Shown here: positions 17,531 through 27,467 of the stretch, piece after piece
How positions within the stretch are numbered: position 1 is the first letter of the stretch
Layout: every line of letters starts with the position of its first letter
Source of the DNA: Candidatus Fervidifonticultor primus
GTDB taxonomy: Bacteria; Sysuimicrobiota; Sysuimicrobiia; Sysuimicrobiales; Humicultoraceae
Direction of reading: 5' to 3'
Assembly: GCA_031459855.1 (NCBI GenBank)
Contig: JAVKHP010000001.1
Span: 2,702,309-2,766,308 of the forward strand
DNA length: 64,000 bases
Made by a program: the position numbers and the translations under genes
Notes under the pieces: model-generated
The model's input: only the letters and a program-made list of their open reading frames with translations
Databases searched by the model: none
Told to the model about the DNA's origin: nothing

Positions 17531-18905
17531 CGGCGTGCACGAGCCGCCGCTGTACCTCGCGCACCAGGTCGGGCTCTGCAGCCAGCTGGTGCGGGGTCAC
17601 CCCGTGCTCGACCGCCACCGCCGCCGCCACGCCCACGGCCTGCCCCATGGCCATGGTGGTGGGCACGACCCGGGCGGAGCCCGCCGCCTGGTAGGTGGCC
17701 GAGAACGCCCGGCTGGCGACGAACAGCCCGTCCACGCCGGCGGTGACCAGCGCCCGCAACGGGATGGTGTACATCCGCCGTACGGGCTTGAACGGGTAGC
17801 GCTCGCCTTTCCGGTACTGGTGCAGGTCGATCGGGTACGAGCCGACCGCCACGCGATCCCAGAACACCCGGCTCGCGGCGATGTCGTCGGCGGTGAGCGT
17901 GTAGAGACCGGCCAGGTGACGGGTCTCGCGGACGTAGAGCTCCGGCGCGAGTTCCACCAGCCGCGCACGCTCGAATCCCGGCACGTGCGCTCGCAGGTAC
18001 GCCAGCAGCCGCGGGATCTCGGCGCGCGCGCGCTCGTACCCCTCGCGCACCGAGGCGGGATCGGTCCCGTCGACGTCGTGCACCTGCAGGGCGTTGATCC
18101 AGATGGTCCCGTCGGGCAGCCGTCCCAGGTTGAGGTCATGGGCCGAGGTCCGCTCGTCGGCCGCCTGGTAGTTGAACATCAGGTCACGGAACCCCCACGC
18201 GTAGCCGCCCAGCGCGCCGCTGGGCTGGCGGCCGCGCCGGTGCGACCAGGCGTAGTGGACGGCCGCGCGCCAGTCGACGCCGGCCACGCGGAACAGGAGC
18301 GTGGCGGGCATCGCCCGGCGGTCCAGACCCGAGGTCTCCCGCCCGTAGGTGAACCGCACACCGGCCGCCGCCGCGAGGTCGCCGTCGTCGGTGGCGTCGA
18401 TCACCACCGCTGCCCTGGCCGGCCGGACCTCGCCGTCGGGGAACCGCAGGAGGGCGCCCTTGACCCGCGCGCCGTCGCGCAGCGGTCGGACGACCTCGGT
18501 CTGGAGGAGGAGCTGGATCCCCGGCTCGGCCTCGACGAGCTCGCGCAGGACCCGGCGCGCGTGCCGTGGGTCGAACGTGACCCCCCCGAGCCGCCCGTAG
18601 ACCTCGAGGAAGATGCCGCGGACGAGGTGCTCGCCGTTGGGCTTGCGGCTGAGGTCCACCATGTTGAGCATCGCGCCCGTCCACACGGTGCCCAGGTAGG
18701 GCCGGCGCTCGACCAGCAGCACCGTGCGCCCCTGGCGGGCCGCCGCCACCGCGGCGGCCACCCCCGCCGGGCTGCCGCCGACCACGAGGACGTCGGCAGC
18801 GAGCACCGGGGGCCGCAGGTCCCGCCGCAACATCTGGGGACGCGCCAGGACCAGCACCACGCCGCCCAGGCAGGCGAGCAGGGCGGCCAGCGCCCGGGCC
18901 CGCAC
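17511..18905 (-). CDS. FAD-dependent oxidoreductase (FAD_oxidored family) with an N-terminal signal/anchor.
   Basis: VLVVGGSPAGVAAAVAAARQGRTVLLVE Rossmann GxGxxG motif after the MRARALAALLACLGGVVLVLA hydrophobic segment. Confidence 0.8.
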   Translation of the reverse strand: MRARALAALLACLGGVVLVLARPQMLRRDLRPPVLAADVLVVGGSPAGVAAAVAAARQGRTVLLVERRPYLGTVWTGAMLNMVDLSRKPNGEHLVRGIFLEVYGRLGGVTFDPRHARRVLRELVEAEPGIQLLLQTEVVRPLRDGARVKGALLRFPDGEVRPARAAVVIDATDDGDLAAAAGVRFTYGRETSGLDRRAMPATLLFRVAGVDWRAAVHYAWSHRRGRQPSGALGGYAWGFRDLMFNYQAADERTSAHDLNLGRLPDGTIWINALQVHDVDGTDPASVREGYERARAEIPRLLAYLRAHVPGFERARLVELAPELYVRETRHLAGLYTLTADDIAASRVFWDRVAVGSYPIDLHQYRKGERYPFKPVRRMYTIPLRALVTAGVDGLFVASRAFSATYQAAGSARVVPTTMAMGQAVGVAAAVAVEHGVTPHQLAAEPDLVREVQRRLVHAGAVIEF

Positions 18906-18915
18906 GGCCGCGCGC

Positions 18916-19425
18916 CTAGTCCGCGGGCTGCCGCGCTGCCGGTGCTGCTAGCGGGACGGGGTCGCCGGGCGGCTTGAAGCGCTCGATGGGATTGCGGCAG
19001 TCGCGGCAGTAGTAGACTGCCCGGCACAGCGTGGGGCCAAACGCGTTCTCCAGGACGGTGTTCGTCGAGCCGCAGTAGGGGCAGGCCGCGGGCTCGGCCA
19101 GGGTCCGGTGCGGGACGCTGAGCCCGTGAGCCGACAGCCGCGCGCGCGCCGCGGGCGTCAGGCGGTCCAGGGTCCAGGGCACGTCGTACCGGAACTCGAC
19201 GTCGGCGCCGCGCACCCCCGGCAGCTCCAAGACCCGGGCGCGCACCCGCGCGCGGATCACCTCGAGCGCCGGACAGCCCATGAACGTGGGCACCAGGAGC
19301 ACCCGCACCCTGTCGTCGCAGACCTCGACCGTCTCCACGAGGCCCAGGTCCGTGATGGCCACGGGCAGTTCCGGGTCCTCGATGGTCCCCAACGCCCGCC
19401 AGACCTCGTCACGGGTCACTGCCAT
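18916..19425 (-). CDS. paaD: Phenylacetate-CoA oxygenase subunit PaaD (DUF59 plus C-terminal zinc ribbon).
   Basis: ITDLGLVETVEV...PTFMGCPA...CPYCGSTNT...CRDCRNPIERFK. Confidence 0.85.
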   Translation of the reverse strand: MAVTRDEVWRALGTIEDPELPVAITDLGLVETVEVCDDRVRVLLVPTFMGCPALEVIRARVRARVLELPGVRGADVEFRYDVPWTLDRLTPAARARLSAHGLSVPHRTLAEPAACPYCGSTNTVLENAFGPTLCRAVYYCRDCRNPIERFKPPGDPVPLAAPAARQPAD

Positions 19426-19431
19426 GGATAC

Positions 19432-20232
19432 TCACCAGCGCGCGGTGGGATCGGTACGCCACACCGACGTCATCTCCTCCAGGAGCGCCTGCAGCGCGGC
19501 CGTGTGGTGGCCGCGCCGGCCGCCGGTGGCCGCGGCCACCGATGGGGGACGCAGGCCCAGCGTCTCCAGACGCGGTCGCACGGCGGCCTCGAACCGGCCG
19601 CGCTGTGCCACCGGCCCGGCGGGCAGCAGCCCGTCGCCGACCAGGCGCGCGTGATCGTCGGTCTCCTCGAACAGCCCGAGGGCGTCGGGCCAGATGGCGT
19701 CCAGCGCCGCCTGGAGCCGGGCGGTCGCCTCGTCGCCGGCGCGGGCCAGGCGCACCAGCCACGCATCGCTGAACAGGAGGTGGTACTTCTCCTCGCGCTG
19801 CAGCGCTCTGGCCAGCGCCGCGAACGGGCCCAGGGGCGCGTCGGCCAGGTCGGCCAGCCGGACGGCATCGGCGTGATCGTACAACCATGCGCGCACGATG
19901 GTGAAACCCCAGTCGCCGTTGGGGTGCTCGACCAGCACCGCGTTGCCAAACGCTGGCGCGTCCCGCCCGAAGGCGAGCCCGTCGGGTGTCGCCCCGGTCG
20001 CCGCCGCGACCTGCTCGTAGAGCACGCGGGCGTGCCCGAGCTCCTCCTGGGCGATCGACGACAGCGCGACGTCGGACTCGATGTCCGGCGCGAACCCCGT
20101 CCACTCCGCGTGGCGGTGGCCCAGGATCAGCTCGTCGTCGGCCCAGGCCCGCAGCACACCGCACAGCGCGGCCTGGACGGCGTCGTCCCGCAGGGCGACG
20201 GGCGCATCGGCCGCCGTCCACAGCCCGGTCAT
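19432..20232 (-). CDS. paaC: Phenylacetate-CoA oxygenase subunit PaaC.
   Basis: LILGHRHAEWTGFAPDIESDVALSSIAQEELGHARVLYE is the PaaC (PaaI) family signature. ATG at 20232 overlaps the paaB stop (ATGA). Confidence 0.8.
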   Translation of the reverse strand: MTGLWTAADAPVALRDDAVQAALCGVLRAWADDELILGHRHAEWTGFAPDIESDVALSSIAQEELGHARVLYEQVAAATGATPDGLAFGRDAPAFGNAVLVEHPNGDWGFTIVRAWLYDHADAVRLADLADAPLGPFAALARALQREEKYHLLFSDAWLVRLARAGDEATARLQAALDAIWPDALGLFEETDDHARLVGDGLLPAGPVAQRGRFEAAVRPRLETLGLRPPSVAAATGGRRGHHTAALQALLEEMTSVWRTDPTARW

Positions 20233-20531
20233 CGCCGGCGGTAGACCCGTTGCTGCTCCCGGTACGAGCCGCCGAACCGGTAGCTCTTGTCGGTGGCGGG
20301 CGCGAAGAGGTCGGCGTCCTCGTAGCGGGTCGCCGTGATGTCGGTGTAGCGCACGACCCAGAGGTTCACGCACGGGTCGCGCCGGGCGAACTGTTCCTTG
20401 GCCAGCACCAGCGCCATCTCCGGATCGGGCGCGTGCACATCACCCACGTGCACGTGGGGCTCGGCCTTGGAGTCCTGCCGGAAGACGGCGAAGACGGACG
20501 CGGCCTCGGGGACCACGTCGCCCAGGTTCAC
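20229..20531 (-). CDS. paaB: Phenylacetate-CoA oxygenase subunit PaaB.
   Basis: VFAVFRQDSKAEPHVHVGDVHAPDPEMALVLAKEQFARRDPCVNLWVV...DKSYRFG aligns along its full length with PaaB. Start is uncertain (GTG at 20531 chosen). Confidence 0.75.
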   Translation of the reverse strand: MNLGDVVPEAASVFAVFRQDSKAEPHVHVGDVHAPDPEMALVLAKEQFARRDPCVNLWVVRYTDITATRYEDADLFAPATDKSYRFGGSYREQQRVYRRR

Positions 20532-20637
20532 GGCCGCGGCCCGCTGCCGGGAGTCCACCGCCTGGTCGCCTCGCGTCGTGCCGCGCCGCGGCCTGCGGAT
20601 CCGCGGCGTCTGGAGCAGGCCGCCCTCCCCCGGCGCC

Positions 20638-21585
20638 CTACGCGGCCGCCGCCCATCGCCCCAGCGCCTCGCGCACCCACTGGTGCTGCGCGTGGTAGCG
20701 GTTGCGCAGCTCCAACCGGGCCCGCGTCCTGGGGCCCTCGCCACGCAGGATGCGCCGGAACTCGTCCCAGTCGGGCTCGGTGTAGACGTACTGGCCCGTG
20801 GCCTCGTCCCACCGCAGGCCCGGATCCGGAACCCGCAGCCCGTACTCCTGGATGAGCGGCACGAACTGGCGCAAGAACTGCTGGCGCAGCTCGTCGTTGG
20901 TCTTGACCTTGATGCGCCAGCGCATCATCTGCTCGAGGTGGGGCGACGCCTGGTCGCGGGGGCCGAAGAAGTGCATCAACGGCGTCCACCAGCGGTCCAG
21001 CGCGTCCTGCAGCATCGCCCGCTGCGCCGGCGTGCCCTCGGCCAGCGCCTTGAACCCGTCGATCCCCAGCCGGATGTGGAAGTCTTCTTCGTAGCAGATC
21101 CGGCGCAGCACCCGGGCGTAGGGGGCGTACGAGCAGGCGCGCAGCGCCCCCTGGGTCTGCATCGCCGCGCCGTCGACGAACACCTGGATGACCACCACGT
21201 CGGCCCACGTCTCGGCGGGGTAGTGGAAGACGTTGTGGAACTTGGCCCGGCCCGCCAGCAGGTCGTCGATCATGGCCGCACGGGGCCGGCCCAGGTCCTC
21301 GGCGACGCGGTAGAGCAGCTGGGCGTGCCCGATCTCGTCCTGCACCTTGGCGATCAGCGCCATCTTGCGCGCCAGCGTCGGTGCCCGGGGAATCCACTCG
21401 CGCTCGGGCAGCGCGCCCATCAGCTCGGAGTTGGCGTGCATCTGGATCAGCCGGAGGCACTCGGCGCGGTAACGCGCGGGCATCCACTCGCCCGCCTCCA
21501 CCCGTTCGCCGGCGGCGATCCGCGCCTCGAACGCCGCCAGCTGTTCGGGATCGTCCTCGGGCGCTGCCGGCTGGTGATGCATCAT
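20638..21585 (-). CDS. paaA: 1,2-phenylacetyl-CoA epoxidase catalytic subunit PaaA.
   Basis: Di-iron ferritin-like PaaA sequence (EWMPARYRAECLRLIQMHANSELMGA...DEIGHAQLLY...EEDFHIRLG). ATG at 21585 with a GGGGAG RBS. Confidence 0.85.
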   Translation of the reverse strand: MMHHQPAAPEDDPEQLAAFEARIAAGERVEAGEWMPARYRAECLRLIQMHANSELMGALPEREWIPRAPTLARKMALIAKVQDEIGHAQLLYRVAEDLGRPRAAMIDDLLAGRAKFHNVFHYPAETWADVVVIQVFVDGAAMQTQGALRACSYAPYARVLRRICYEEDFHIRLGIDGFKALAEGTPAQRAMLQDALDRWWTPLMHFFGPRDQASPHLEQMMRWRIKVKTNDELRQQFLRQFVPLIQEYGLRVPDPGLRWDEATGQYVYTEPDWDEFRRILRGEGPRTRARLELRNRYHAQHQWVREALGRWAAAA

Positions 21586-21616
21586 CCGGTCACTCCCCGC
21601 CCCACGATCGTGTCCC

Positions 21617-21645
21617 ATTGTACGCACCCGGCGCGTGCGCTTCAA
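21617..21645 (-). promoter_or_regulatory. Candidate promoter TTGAAG-N17-TACAAT upstream of paaA.
   Basis: Minus strand reads gtgTTGAAGcgcacgcgccgggtgcgTACAATggg, about 25 nt before the paaA ATG. The -35 overlaps the stop of the upstream HIT gene. Confidence 0.4.
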
Positions 21646-22172
21646 CACCCTCGGTCAGGGTGTTTCGGATCGAGCTGCACCTGGGCACGCGACGTGGTCA
21701 CCAGCGCAGCCTGCAGCCGATCGTAGGTCTCCGTCAGGTGCTGGGGTAGCACCTTGGTCGCCGCCAGCACCGGCATGAAGTTCGTGTCACCCACCCATCG
21801 GGGGACCACGTGCACGTGCAGGTGGTCCTCCACCCCTGCCCCCGCCGCCCGCCCCAGGTTCAGGCCGATGTTGAACCCCTGGGGGGCCAGCGCGGCCTCG
21901 AGCGCGCGCACCGCCAGCGCGGTGACGGTCACCAGCGCGCCGGCCTCGTCGCCGGTCAGCGCGTCCAGCCGGGCGGCGTGGCGGTAGGGGACGACCATCA
22001 CGTGTCCGCTGTTGTACGGAAACTGGTTGAGCATGATGAACGCGTGGGCCGCGCGGTGGACGATGAGCCGGCCCCGGTCGTCGCCGGCGGCGAGCGCGTC
22101 GCAGAAGATGCAGCCGTCGGGCTTGGGCGCCATGACGTAGACGCCGCGCCACGGGGCCCACAGCACGTTCAT
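21642..22172 (-). CDS. HIT family protein (histidine triad nucleotide hydrolase/transferase).
   Basis: HVMVVPYRH...[12 protein letters not shown] is the HxHxHxx triad. ATG at 22172 overlaps the rnc stop (ATGA). Confidence 0.8.
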   Translation of the reverse strand: MNVLWAPWRGVYVMAPKPDGCIFCDALAAGDDRGRLIVHRAAHAFIMLNQFPYNSGHVMVVPYRHAARLDALTGDEAGALVTVTALAVRALEAALAPQGFNIGLNLGRAAGAGVEDHLHVHVVPRWVGDTNFMPVLAATKVLPQHLTETYDRLQAALVTTSRAQVQLDPKHPDRGC

Positions 22173-22930
22173 GGCCCGCCCCGGTCCAGGCGCGCCAGCG
22201 CCTGCGCGGCCGCGGCCTGCTCCGCTTCCTTCTTGCTGCGGCCGCGCCCCTCGCCCAGGAGCTTGCCGCCCGCCTCCACCACCGCCACGAAGACGCGGGC
22301 ATGGTTGGGGCCTTCTTCCTGCGTGATGCGGTAGCGCGGCATCTGCCCCCGCCGCTGCAGGCGCTCCTGGAGCTGGCTCTTGAAGTCCTGGCCGGCGCGC
22401 TGCATCTCCTCGGCCAGGTCGGCGATCCACCGGGACACCACCGCGTGCGCCACGCCGTAGCCGGAGTCCATGTAGATGGCGCCGATCACCGCCTCCACCG
22501 CGTCGGCCAGCAGTGCCGGCCGCTGGCGACCGCCGCCCTTCTCCTCCCCCTTCCCGAGCAGGATGTACCGCGCCAGCCCCAGCCGGCGCGCGATGGAGGC
22601 CAGGGCCGCCTCGTTGACCAGGCGCGCCCGCTGCTTGGCGAGCCCGCCCTCGTCCACGTCGGGATACCGGCGGTAGAGGTCGTCGCTGACCACCAGGCTC
22701 AGCACCGCGTCGCCCAGGAACTCCAGCCGCTCGTAGCTCTTCAGCGGGGCGCCGCGCTCGTGACTGAACGACCCGTGGCGCAGCGCCAGGTCCAGCAGCG
22801 AGCGGTCGCGAAAGCGCACGCCCAGGCGCTCCTCCAGCTGCGCCAGCTGCGCCAGCCGCTCCTGCGAGAGCACCTCGCCGACGGCGCCGGTCTCGTCCGG
22901 CGGGCTCGGGCCGCGCAGGGGTCTCACCAT
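22169..22930 (-). CDS. rnc: Ribonuclease III.
   Basis: [20 protein letters not shown] catalytic signature plus a C-terminal dsRBD ([12 protein letters not shown]...[16 protein letters not shown]). ATG at 22930. Confidence 0.9.
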   Translation of the reverse strand: MVRPLRGPSPPDETGAVGEVLSQERLAQLAQLEERLGVRFRDRSLLDLALRHGSFSHERGAPLKSYERLEFLGDAVLSLVVSDDLYRRYPDVDEGGLAKQRARLVNEAALASIARRLGLARYILLGKGEEKGGGRQRPALLADAVEAVIGAIYMDSGYGVAHAVVSRWIADLAEEMQRAGQDFKSQLQERLQRRGQMPRYRITQEEGPNHARVFVAVVEAGGKLLGEGRGRSKKEAEQAAAAQALARLDRGGP

Positions 22931-24171
22931 ACGGCCCGGAGCACCAGGGTGGCGTTGTGGCCCCCGAAGCCAAAGGCGTTGGACATGACGGTGCGGAGCC
23001 GCGCCGGGCGCGCGGTGTTGGGGACGTAGTCCAGGTCGCACTCGGGGTCGGCCACCCGGTAGTTGATGGTCGGGGGGATCACCTGATGGCGCAGCGCCAG
23101 ACAACAGGCGATCGCCTCGACGCCGCCGGCGGCGCCCAGCAGGTGGCCGGTCATCGACTTGGTGGAGCTGACGGCGAGCCGGCGGGCGTGGGGCCCGAAG
23201 GCGCGCTTGATGGCCAGCGTCTCCAGGCGGTCGTTGTAGGACGTGCCGGTCCCGTGGGCGTTGATGTAGTCCACCGCCTCGGGGGGGAGCCCGGCATCGC
23301 GCAACGCCGCCGCCATGGCACGGGACGCGCCGTCGCCCTCGGGGTCGGGCTGGGTGATGTGGTGGGCGTCGGTGCTGGTGCCGTACCCGACGAGTTCGGC
23401 GTAGATGGGCGCGCCACGCCGCTCGGCCACCTCCAGGGCCTCCAGGAGCACCACCCCGGCGCCCTCGCCCATGACGAACCCGTCCCGGGTGGCGTCGAAC
23501 GGCCGTGATGCGCCCGCCGGGTCGTCGTTGCGGGTCGTCATCGCCTTCATCGCCGCAAACCCCGCCAGCGACAGCGGCGTGATGGCGGCCTCCGACCCGC
23601 CGGCCAGCATCGCGTCGGCCTCGCCGTACTGGATGAGGCGCGCCGCATCACCGATGGCGTTCCCGCCCGTGGCGCACGCGGTCACCACGCCCTGGCTGGG
23701 CCCCTTGGCCCCGATTAGGATGGCGGTCACGCCGCTGGCCATGTTCCCGATGACCATGGGCACGAAGAACGGCGAGACGCGGTCGGGGCCGCGCTCGATG
23801 AGGGTACGGTGCTGGGCCTCCCAGGTGATGACCCCGCCCATGCCCGAGCCGATGACGACGCCCACCCGCGTGGCGTTGGCGGCCGTGATGGTAAACCCCG
23901 CGTCCTCCAGCGCCAAGCGGGCGGCCGCGTAGGCGAACTGCACGAACCGGTCGTTGCGCCGTGCTTCCTTACGGTCCATGAACGCCGTGGGGTCGAAGTC
24001 CGGCACCTCCGCGGCGATCTGCGTGGCGAACCCCGAGGGGTCGAACGCCGTGATGCGCCGGACGCCGGACCGTCCGGCCACCAGCCCGGCCCAGAAGGCC
24101 TGATGGCCGATGCCCAGGGGGGTGACGACCCCCAGCCCGGTCACGACGACCCGCCGCCGCGTGGGTGCCAC
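22924..24171 (-). CDS. fabF: 3-oxoacyl-ACP synthase II.
   Basis: [15 protein letters not shown]..., active-site ACATG, HGTGT and GHLLGAAG motifs. GTG start at 24171 with an AGGTGG RBS. The 829-aa ORF-track frame is an out-of-frame upstream extension. Confidence 0.9.
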   Translation of the reverse strand: MAPTRRRVVVTGLGVVTPLGIGHQAFWAGLVAGRSGVRRITAFDPSGFATQIAAEVPDFDPTAFMDRKEARRNDRFVQFAYAAARLALEDAGFTITAANATRVGVVIGSGMGGVITWEAQHRTLIERGPDRVSPFFVPMVIGNMASGVTAILIGAKGPSQGVVTACATGGNAIGDAARLIQYGEADAMLAGGSEAAITPLSLAGFAAMKAMTTRNDDPAGASRPFDATRDGFVMGEGAGVVLLEALEVAERRGAPIYAELVGYGTSTDAHHITQPDPEGDGASRAMAAALRDAGLPPEAVDYINAHGTGTSYNDRLETLAIKRAFGPHARRLAVSSTKSMTGHLLGAAGGVEAIACCLALRHQVIPPTINYRVADPECDLDYVPNTARPARLRTVMSNAFGFGGHNATLVLRAVW

Positions 24172-24182
24172 CGCATCGCCAC

Positions 24183-24431
24183 CTACTGGGCCTGGTCCTT
24201 CATGTGGGCCTCGATGAACTTCACTGCGTCCCCGACCGTCACGATCTTCTCGGCCTGTTCGTCGGGGATTTCGATCTCGAACTCCTCCTCGAGCGCCATC
24301 ACCAGCTCCACCACGTCCAGCGAGTCGGCGCCCAGGTCCTCGACGAAGGACGACTCCCGGGTGATCGTCTCCTCCTCCACGCCGAGCTGGTGCGCCACCC
24401 GCGCGCGCACACGTTCGAACACCGACGCCAT
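24183..24431 (-). CDS. acpP: Acyl carrier protein.
   Basis: MASVFERV...[19 protein letters not shown] with the phosphopantetheine Ser in the DSL motif. GGAGGTG RBS. Confidence 0.9.
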   Translation of the reverse strand: MASVFERVRARVAHQLGVEEETITRESSFVEDLGADSLDVVELVMALEEEFEIEIPDEQAEKIVTVGDAVKFIEAHMKDQAQ

Positions 24432-24450
24432 CGTCCACATCACCTCCGCA

Positions 24451-24478
24451 CCGGCCGGGCTGGACGCGCCCGGCCCGG
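24451..24478 (-). other. GC-rich 10-bp-stem hairpin (CCGGGCCGGGC-gcgtcca-GCCCGGCCGG) in the fabG-acpP spacer, immediately upstream of the acpP RBS.
   Basis: Inverted repeat visible in the sequence. Position suggests an mRNA processing/stability or attenuation element for acpP. Confidence 0.4.
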
Positions 24479-24479
24479 G

Positions 24480-25230
24480 TCAATGCATGATCATACCACC
24501 GTCGACGTTCAAGACCTGCCCCGTGATGTACGCCGCCGCGTCGGAGGCCAGGAACACCACGGCCGCCGCCACCTCCTCCGGCGTCCCTGCCCGGCCCAGG
24601 GGGATCTGCTGAAGGTAGCGCGCCCTCACCTCGGGCGGCAGGCGCTCCGTCATGCCGGCTGCGATGTACCCGGGCGCCACGGCGTTCACGGTGATGCCCC
24701 GGGAGCCGACCTCGCGCGCCACGGCCCGGGTCAGGCCGATGAGCCCGGCTTTGGCGGCCACGTAGTTGGCCTGCCCGGCGTTGCCCGCCTGGCCGGCCGC
24801 CGAGGCGACGTTGATGATACGCCCGCTGCGCTGCCGGAGGAACTCGCGCAACGCCGCCCGGATGCAGTAGAACGCTCCCGAGAGGTTCGTGGCCAGCACC
24901 TGCTGCCAGTCCGCGTCCGTCATCCGGAGCACCAGCCCGTCGCGGGTCGTGCCGGCGTTGTTCACCAGGATGTCGAGCCGGCCGAACGTGTCGGTGGCGG
25001 CCGCCACCACGGCTGCGGCCTGCTCGGGCGACGTCAGGTCGGCGGCGACGGCGCGCGCGCGGCCACCCAGCGCGGCGATCTCCGCCACCACCGCCTCGGC
25101 GGCCTCCTGGCGGTGCGCGTAGTGCACGATCACGGCCGCGCCCTCCCGGGCGAGCGCCACGGCGATCCGGCTGCCGATGCCGCCCGAGGCGCCGGTGACC
25201 ACGGCCACACGGCCGTCCAGCACCCCCATG
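24480..25230 (-). CDS. fabG: 3-oxoacyl-ACP reductase.
   Basis: MGVLDGRVAVVTGASGGIGSRIA...NNAG...YVAAKAG. Classic SDR with GxxxGxG and YxxxK. Confidence 0.9.
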
Positions 25231-25234
25231 GCGC

Positions 25235-26190
25235 TTACCCGCGCGCGTCGCCCGCGTCGGCGCCCACAGCGTCGGCCAGGACCGCGCGGGCCGCATCCAG
25301 GTCGGCGGGGGTCGCCACCGAGAGCACACGCGCCTGCGGGAGCGTCCGGCGGACGAGACCGGCCAGGGTCGTTCCGGGTCCGGCTTCGACGAACGTCGTG
25401 GCGCCAAGCCCATGCAGCCGACGCACTGACTGCTCCCAGCGCACCGGGCGCGCGACCTGGGCGATCAGGAGCTGGCGGATGGTCTGCGCGTCCTGCACCG
25501 GCTCGCCCGTGACGTTGGCGACGACCGGGATCGCAGCATCCCGCAGCGGCACCGCGGCGAGGACTGGCGCGAGCCGCGCGGCTGCCGCCTCCATGAGCGA
25601 CGTGTGGAACGGCGCGCTGACCGCCAGGGGCACCGCACGCCGGGCACCCAGGGCCCGCAGACGTGCACAGGCAGCGTCGACGGCCGCCCGGTCGCCCGCA
25701 ATGACCACCTGGCCGGGCGCGTTGATGTTGGCGACCTCCACCACGCCGGTCACCTCGCGGCAGACGCCGTCCACGGTGTCGACGTCCAGCCCCAGCACCG
25801 CCGCCATGGCGGTGGCGCGCCCGGCCACGGCCTCCTGCATGTAGCGTCCGCGGAGCCGCACCACCCGCACGGCATCGGCCAGGTCCAGAGCACCCGCGGC
25901 CACCAGCGCCGTGTACTCGCCCAGACTGAGGCCGGCCGCGTACCGCGGGGCGATCCCGTGGGCGATCAGGACCGCCGCAATGGCCCAACTGCAGGCCAGC
26001 AACGCCGGCTGGGTGTTCTCGGTCTCGCGCAGCACCTCGTCGGGGCCGTCGCGGCACAGCGCCAGCAGGTCCAGGTCGATGGCAGCGCTGGCCTCGTCGA
26101 AGACCCGGCGCGCCTGCGGGAACCGGTCGGCCATGGCGACGCCCATGCCGACGTGCTGCGCGCCCTGGCCGGGAAACACGAACGCGATCA
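25235..26190 (-). CDS. fabD: Malonyl-CoA:ACP transacylase.
   Basis: IAFVFPGQGAQ...GLSLGEY (GHSLG-type active site)...SAPFHTSLM. Start is approximate (GTG near 26190). Confidence 0.85.
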
Positions 26191-27258
26191 CGGCGTCTGC
26201 GGCCGACCTCCCCTGGGCCCTGCCGTCCAGCGCATCGCCGCCGCGCCCCACGTCAATCCCCCGCCGAACGCCACGAACGCCACCAGGTCGCCCGGACGCA
26301 CCCGCCCTTGCTCTACGGCCTCGTAGAGCGCCACCGGGACCGACGCGGCGGAAGTGTTCCCGTACCGGTCCACGTTGATGAAGAACTTCTCCAGCGGCTG
26401 GCCGAGGCGGCGGGCCGCCGCCTCGATGATCCGCAGGTTGGCCTGGTGGGGGATGAAGCAGTCCACCTCGTCGACCGTGTACCCCGCCTGGGCCACCACC
26501 TGCTCCAGCGCCCGCGGAATGGCCCGCACGGCGAACTTGTACACTTCCCGGCCGTTCATCTTGATGAAGTGCTCCCGCGCCGCCACCGTCTCCGGGCTGG
26601 CCGGCCGGCGCGAGCCGCCCGCGGGCAGGGAGATGAGCTGGGCCCCCCCACCGTCGGCGCCCAGGTGAAAGGCGAGAAATCCCTCGCCGGCCGCGCAGGG
26701 GCGCAGTACCACCGCGGCGGCCGCGTCGCCGAACAGCACGCACGTAGCGCGGTCGGTCCAGTCCGTGATGCGGGAGAGGGTCTCGGCACCGATCACCAGC
26801 ACGGTGTCGGCCGTGCCGGCAGCGATGGCGGCGTGCCCCATCGCGACGGCGTACGCCCAGCTGCTGCACGCCGCCGAGACGTCGAAGGCGCCTGCCCGCA
26901 CCGCCCCCAGCTGGTGTTGCACCAGGCAGGCGGTGGCGGGAAACAGCATGTCGGGCGACGCGGTGCCCACCAGGATGAGATCCACGTCACGGGCGTCCAG
27001 CCCCGCGTCCCGCAGCGCGTCCCGGGCGGCCTCGACGGCCAGGTCGGAGGTGGCGACCCCGTCGGGTGCGACGCGCCGCTCGCGAATGCCGGTGCGGGTG
27101 ACGATCCACTCGTCGCTGGTGTCGACCAGCCGCTCGAGCTCGCGGTTGGTCACCACCCTGGCCGGGATGCTCCGACCCATGCCGGCGATGGTCGCGCCTC
27201 GCCGCGTGGCGGTCCGCGTTGCAGCCTGCACCCGCGGAACGGGATGGACCGTGCTCAT
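26188..27258 (-). CDS. fabH: 3-oxoacyl-ACP synthase III.
   Basis: DTSDEWIVTRTGIRERR, active-site Cys in SAACSS, C-terminal GGGLTWGA. AGGAGG RBS before the ATG at 27258. Confidence 0.9.
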   Translation of the reverse strand: MSTVHPVPRVQAATRTATRRGATIAGMGRSIPARVVTNRELERLVDTSDEWIVTRTGIRERRVAPDGVATSDLAVEAARDALRDAGLDARDVDLILVGTASPDMLFPATACLVQHQLGAVRAGAFDVSAACSSWAYAVAMGHAAIAAGTADTVLVIGAETLSRITDWTDRATCVLFGDAAAAVVLRPCAAGEGFLAFHLGADGGGAQLISLPAGGSRRPASPETVAAREHFIKMNGREVYKFAVRAIPRALEQVVAQAGYTVDEVDCFIPHQANLRIIEAAARRLGQPLEKFFINVDRYGNTSAASVPVALYEAVEQGRVRPGDLVAFVAFGGGLTWGAAAMRWTAGPRGGRPQTP

Positions 27259-27421
27259 GGAAGACCTCCTGTGGCGAGGATCCAGATGGGTCGGCGAACG
27301 CCGGCGGTCAGGTGCGTCGCGGCCACACCGGGCATGGGATCACAGTCCGCCGCATCCACCGTCCGGATGCGATGCGGATCGGCCACCCGCGAGGAGCATG
27401 TCTGACACACGGTCACGCATA

Positions 27422-27466
27422 AGGGGACCGGGGTCCCCAAAAATCGCGTCACGACTTTTGGGGTGA
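27422..27466 (-). terminator. Two consecutive hairpins right after the rpmF stop (CCCCAAAA-N12-TTTTGGGG, then GGGGACC-ccg-GTCCCC). Terminator or attenuator between rpmF and fabH.
   Basis: Inverted repeats read from the sequence. They sit in the 210-nt rpmF-fabH spacer. Confidence 0.5.
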
Positions 27467-27467
27467 T

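Noticed and set aside
22924-26869. Very long minus-strand ORFs 22924-25413 (829 aa), 24480-26057 (525 aa) and 25235-26869 (544 aa).
   Set aside because: Each is a real fab gene (fabF, fabG, fabD) preceded by an out-of-frame extension running antisense or offset through the upstream gene. Starts were reset using family N-termini and RBS.
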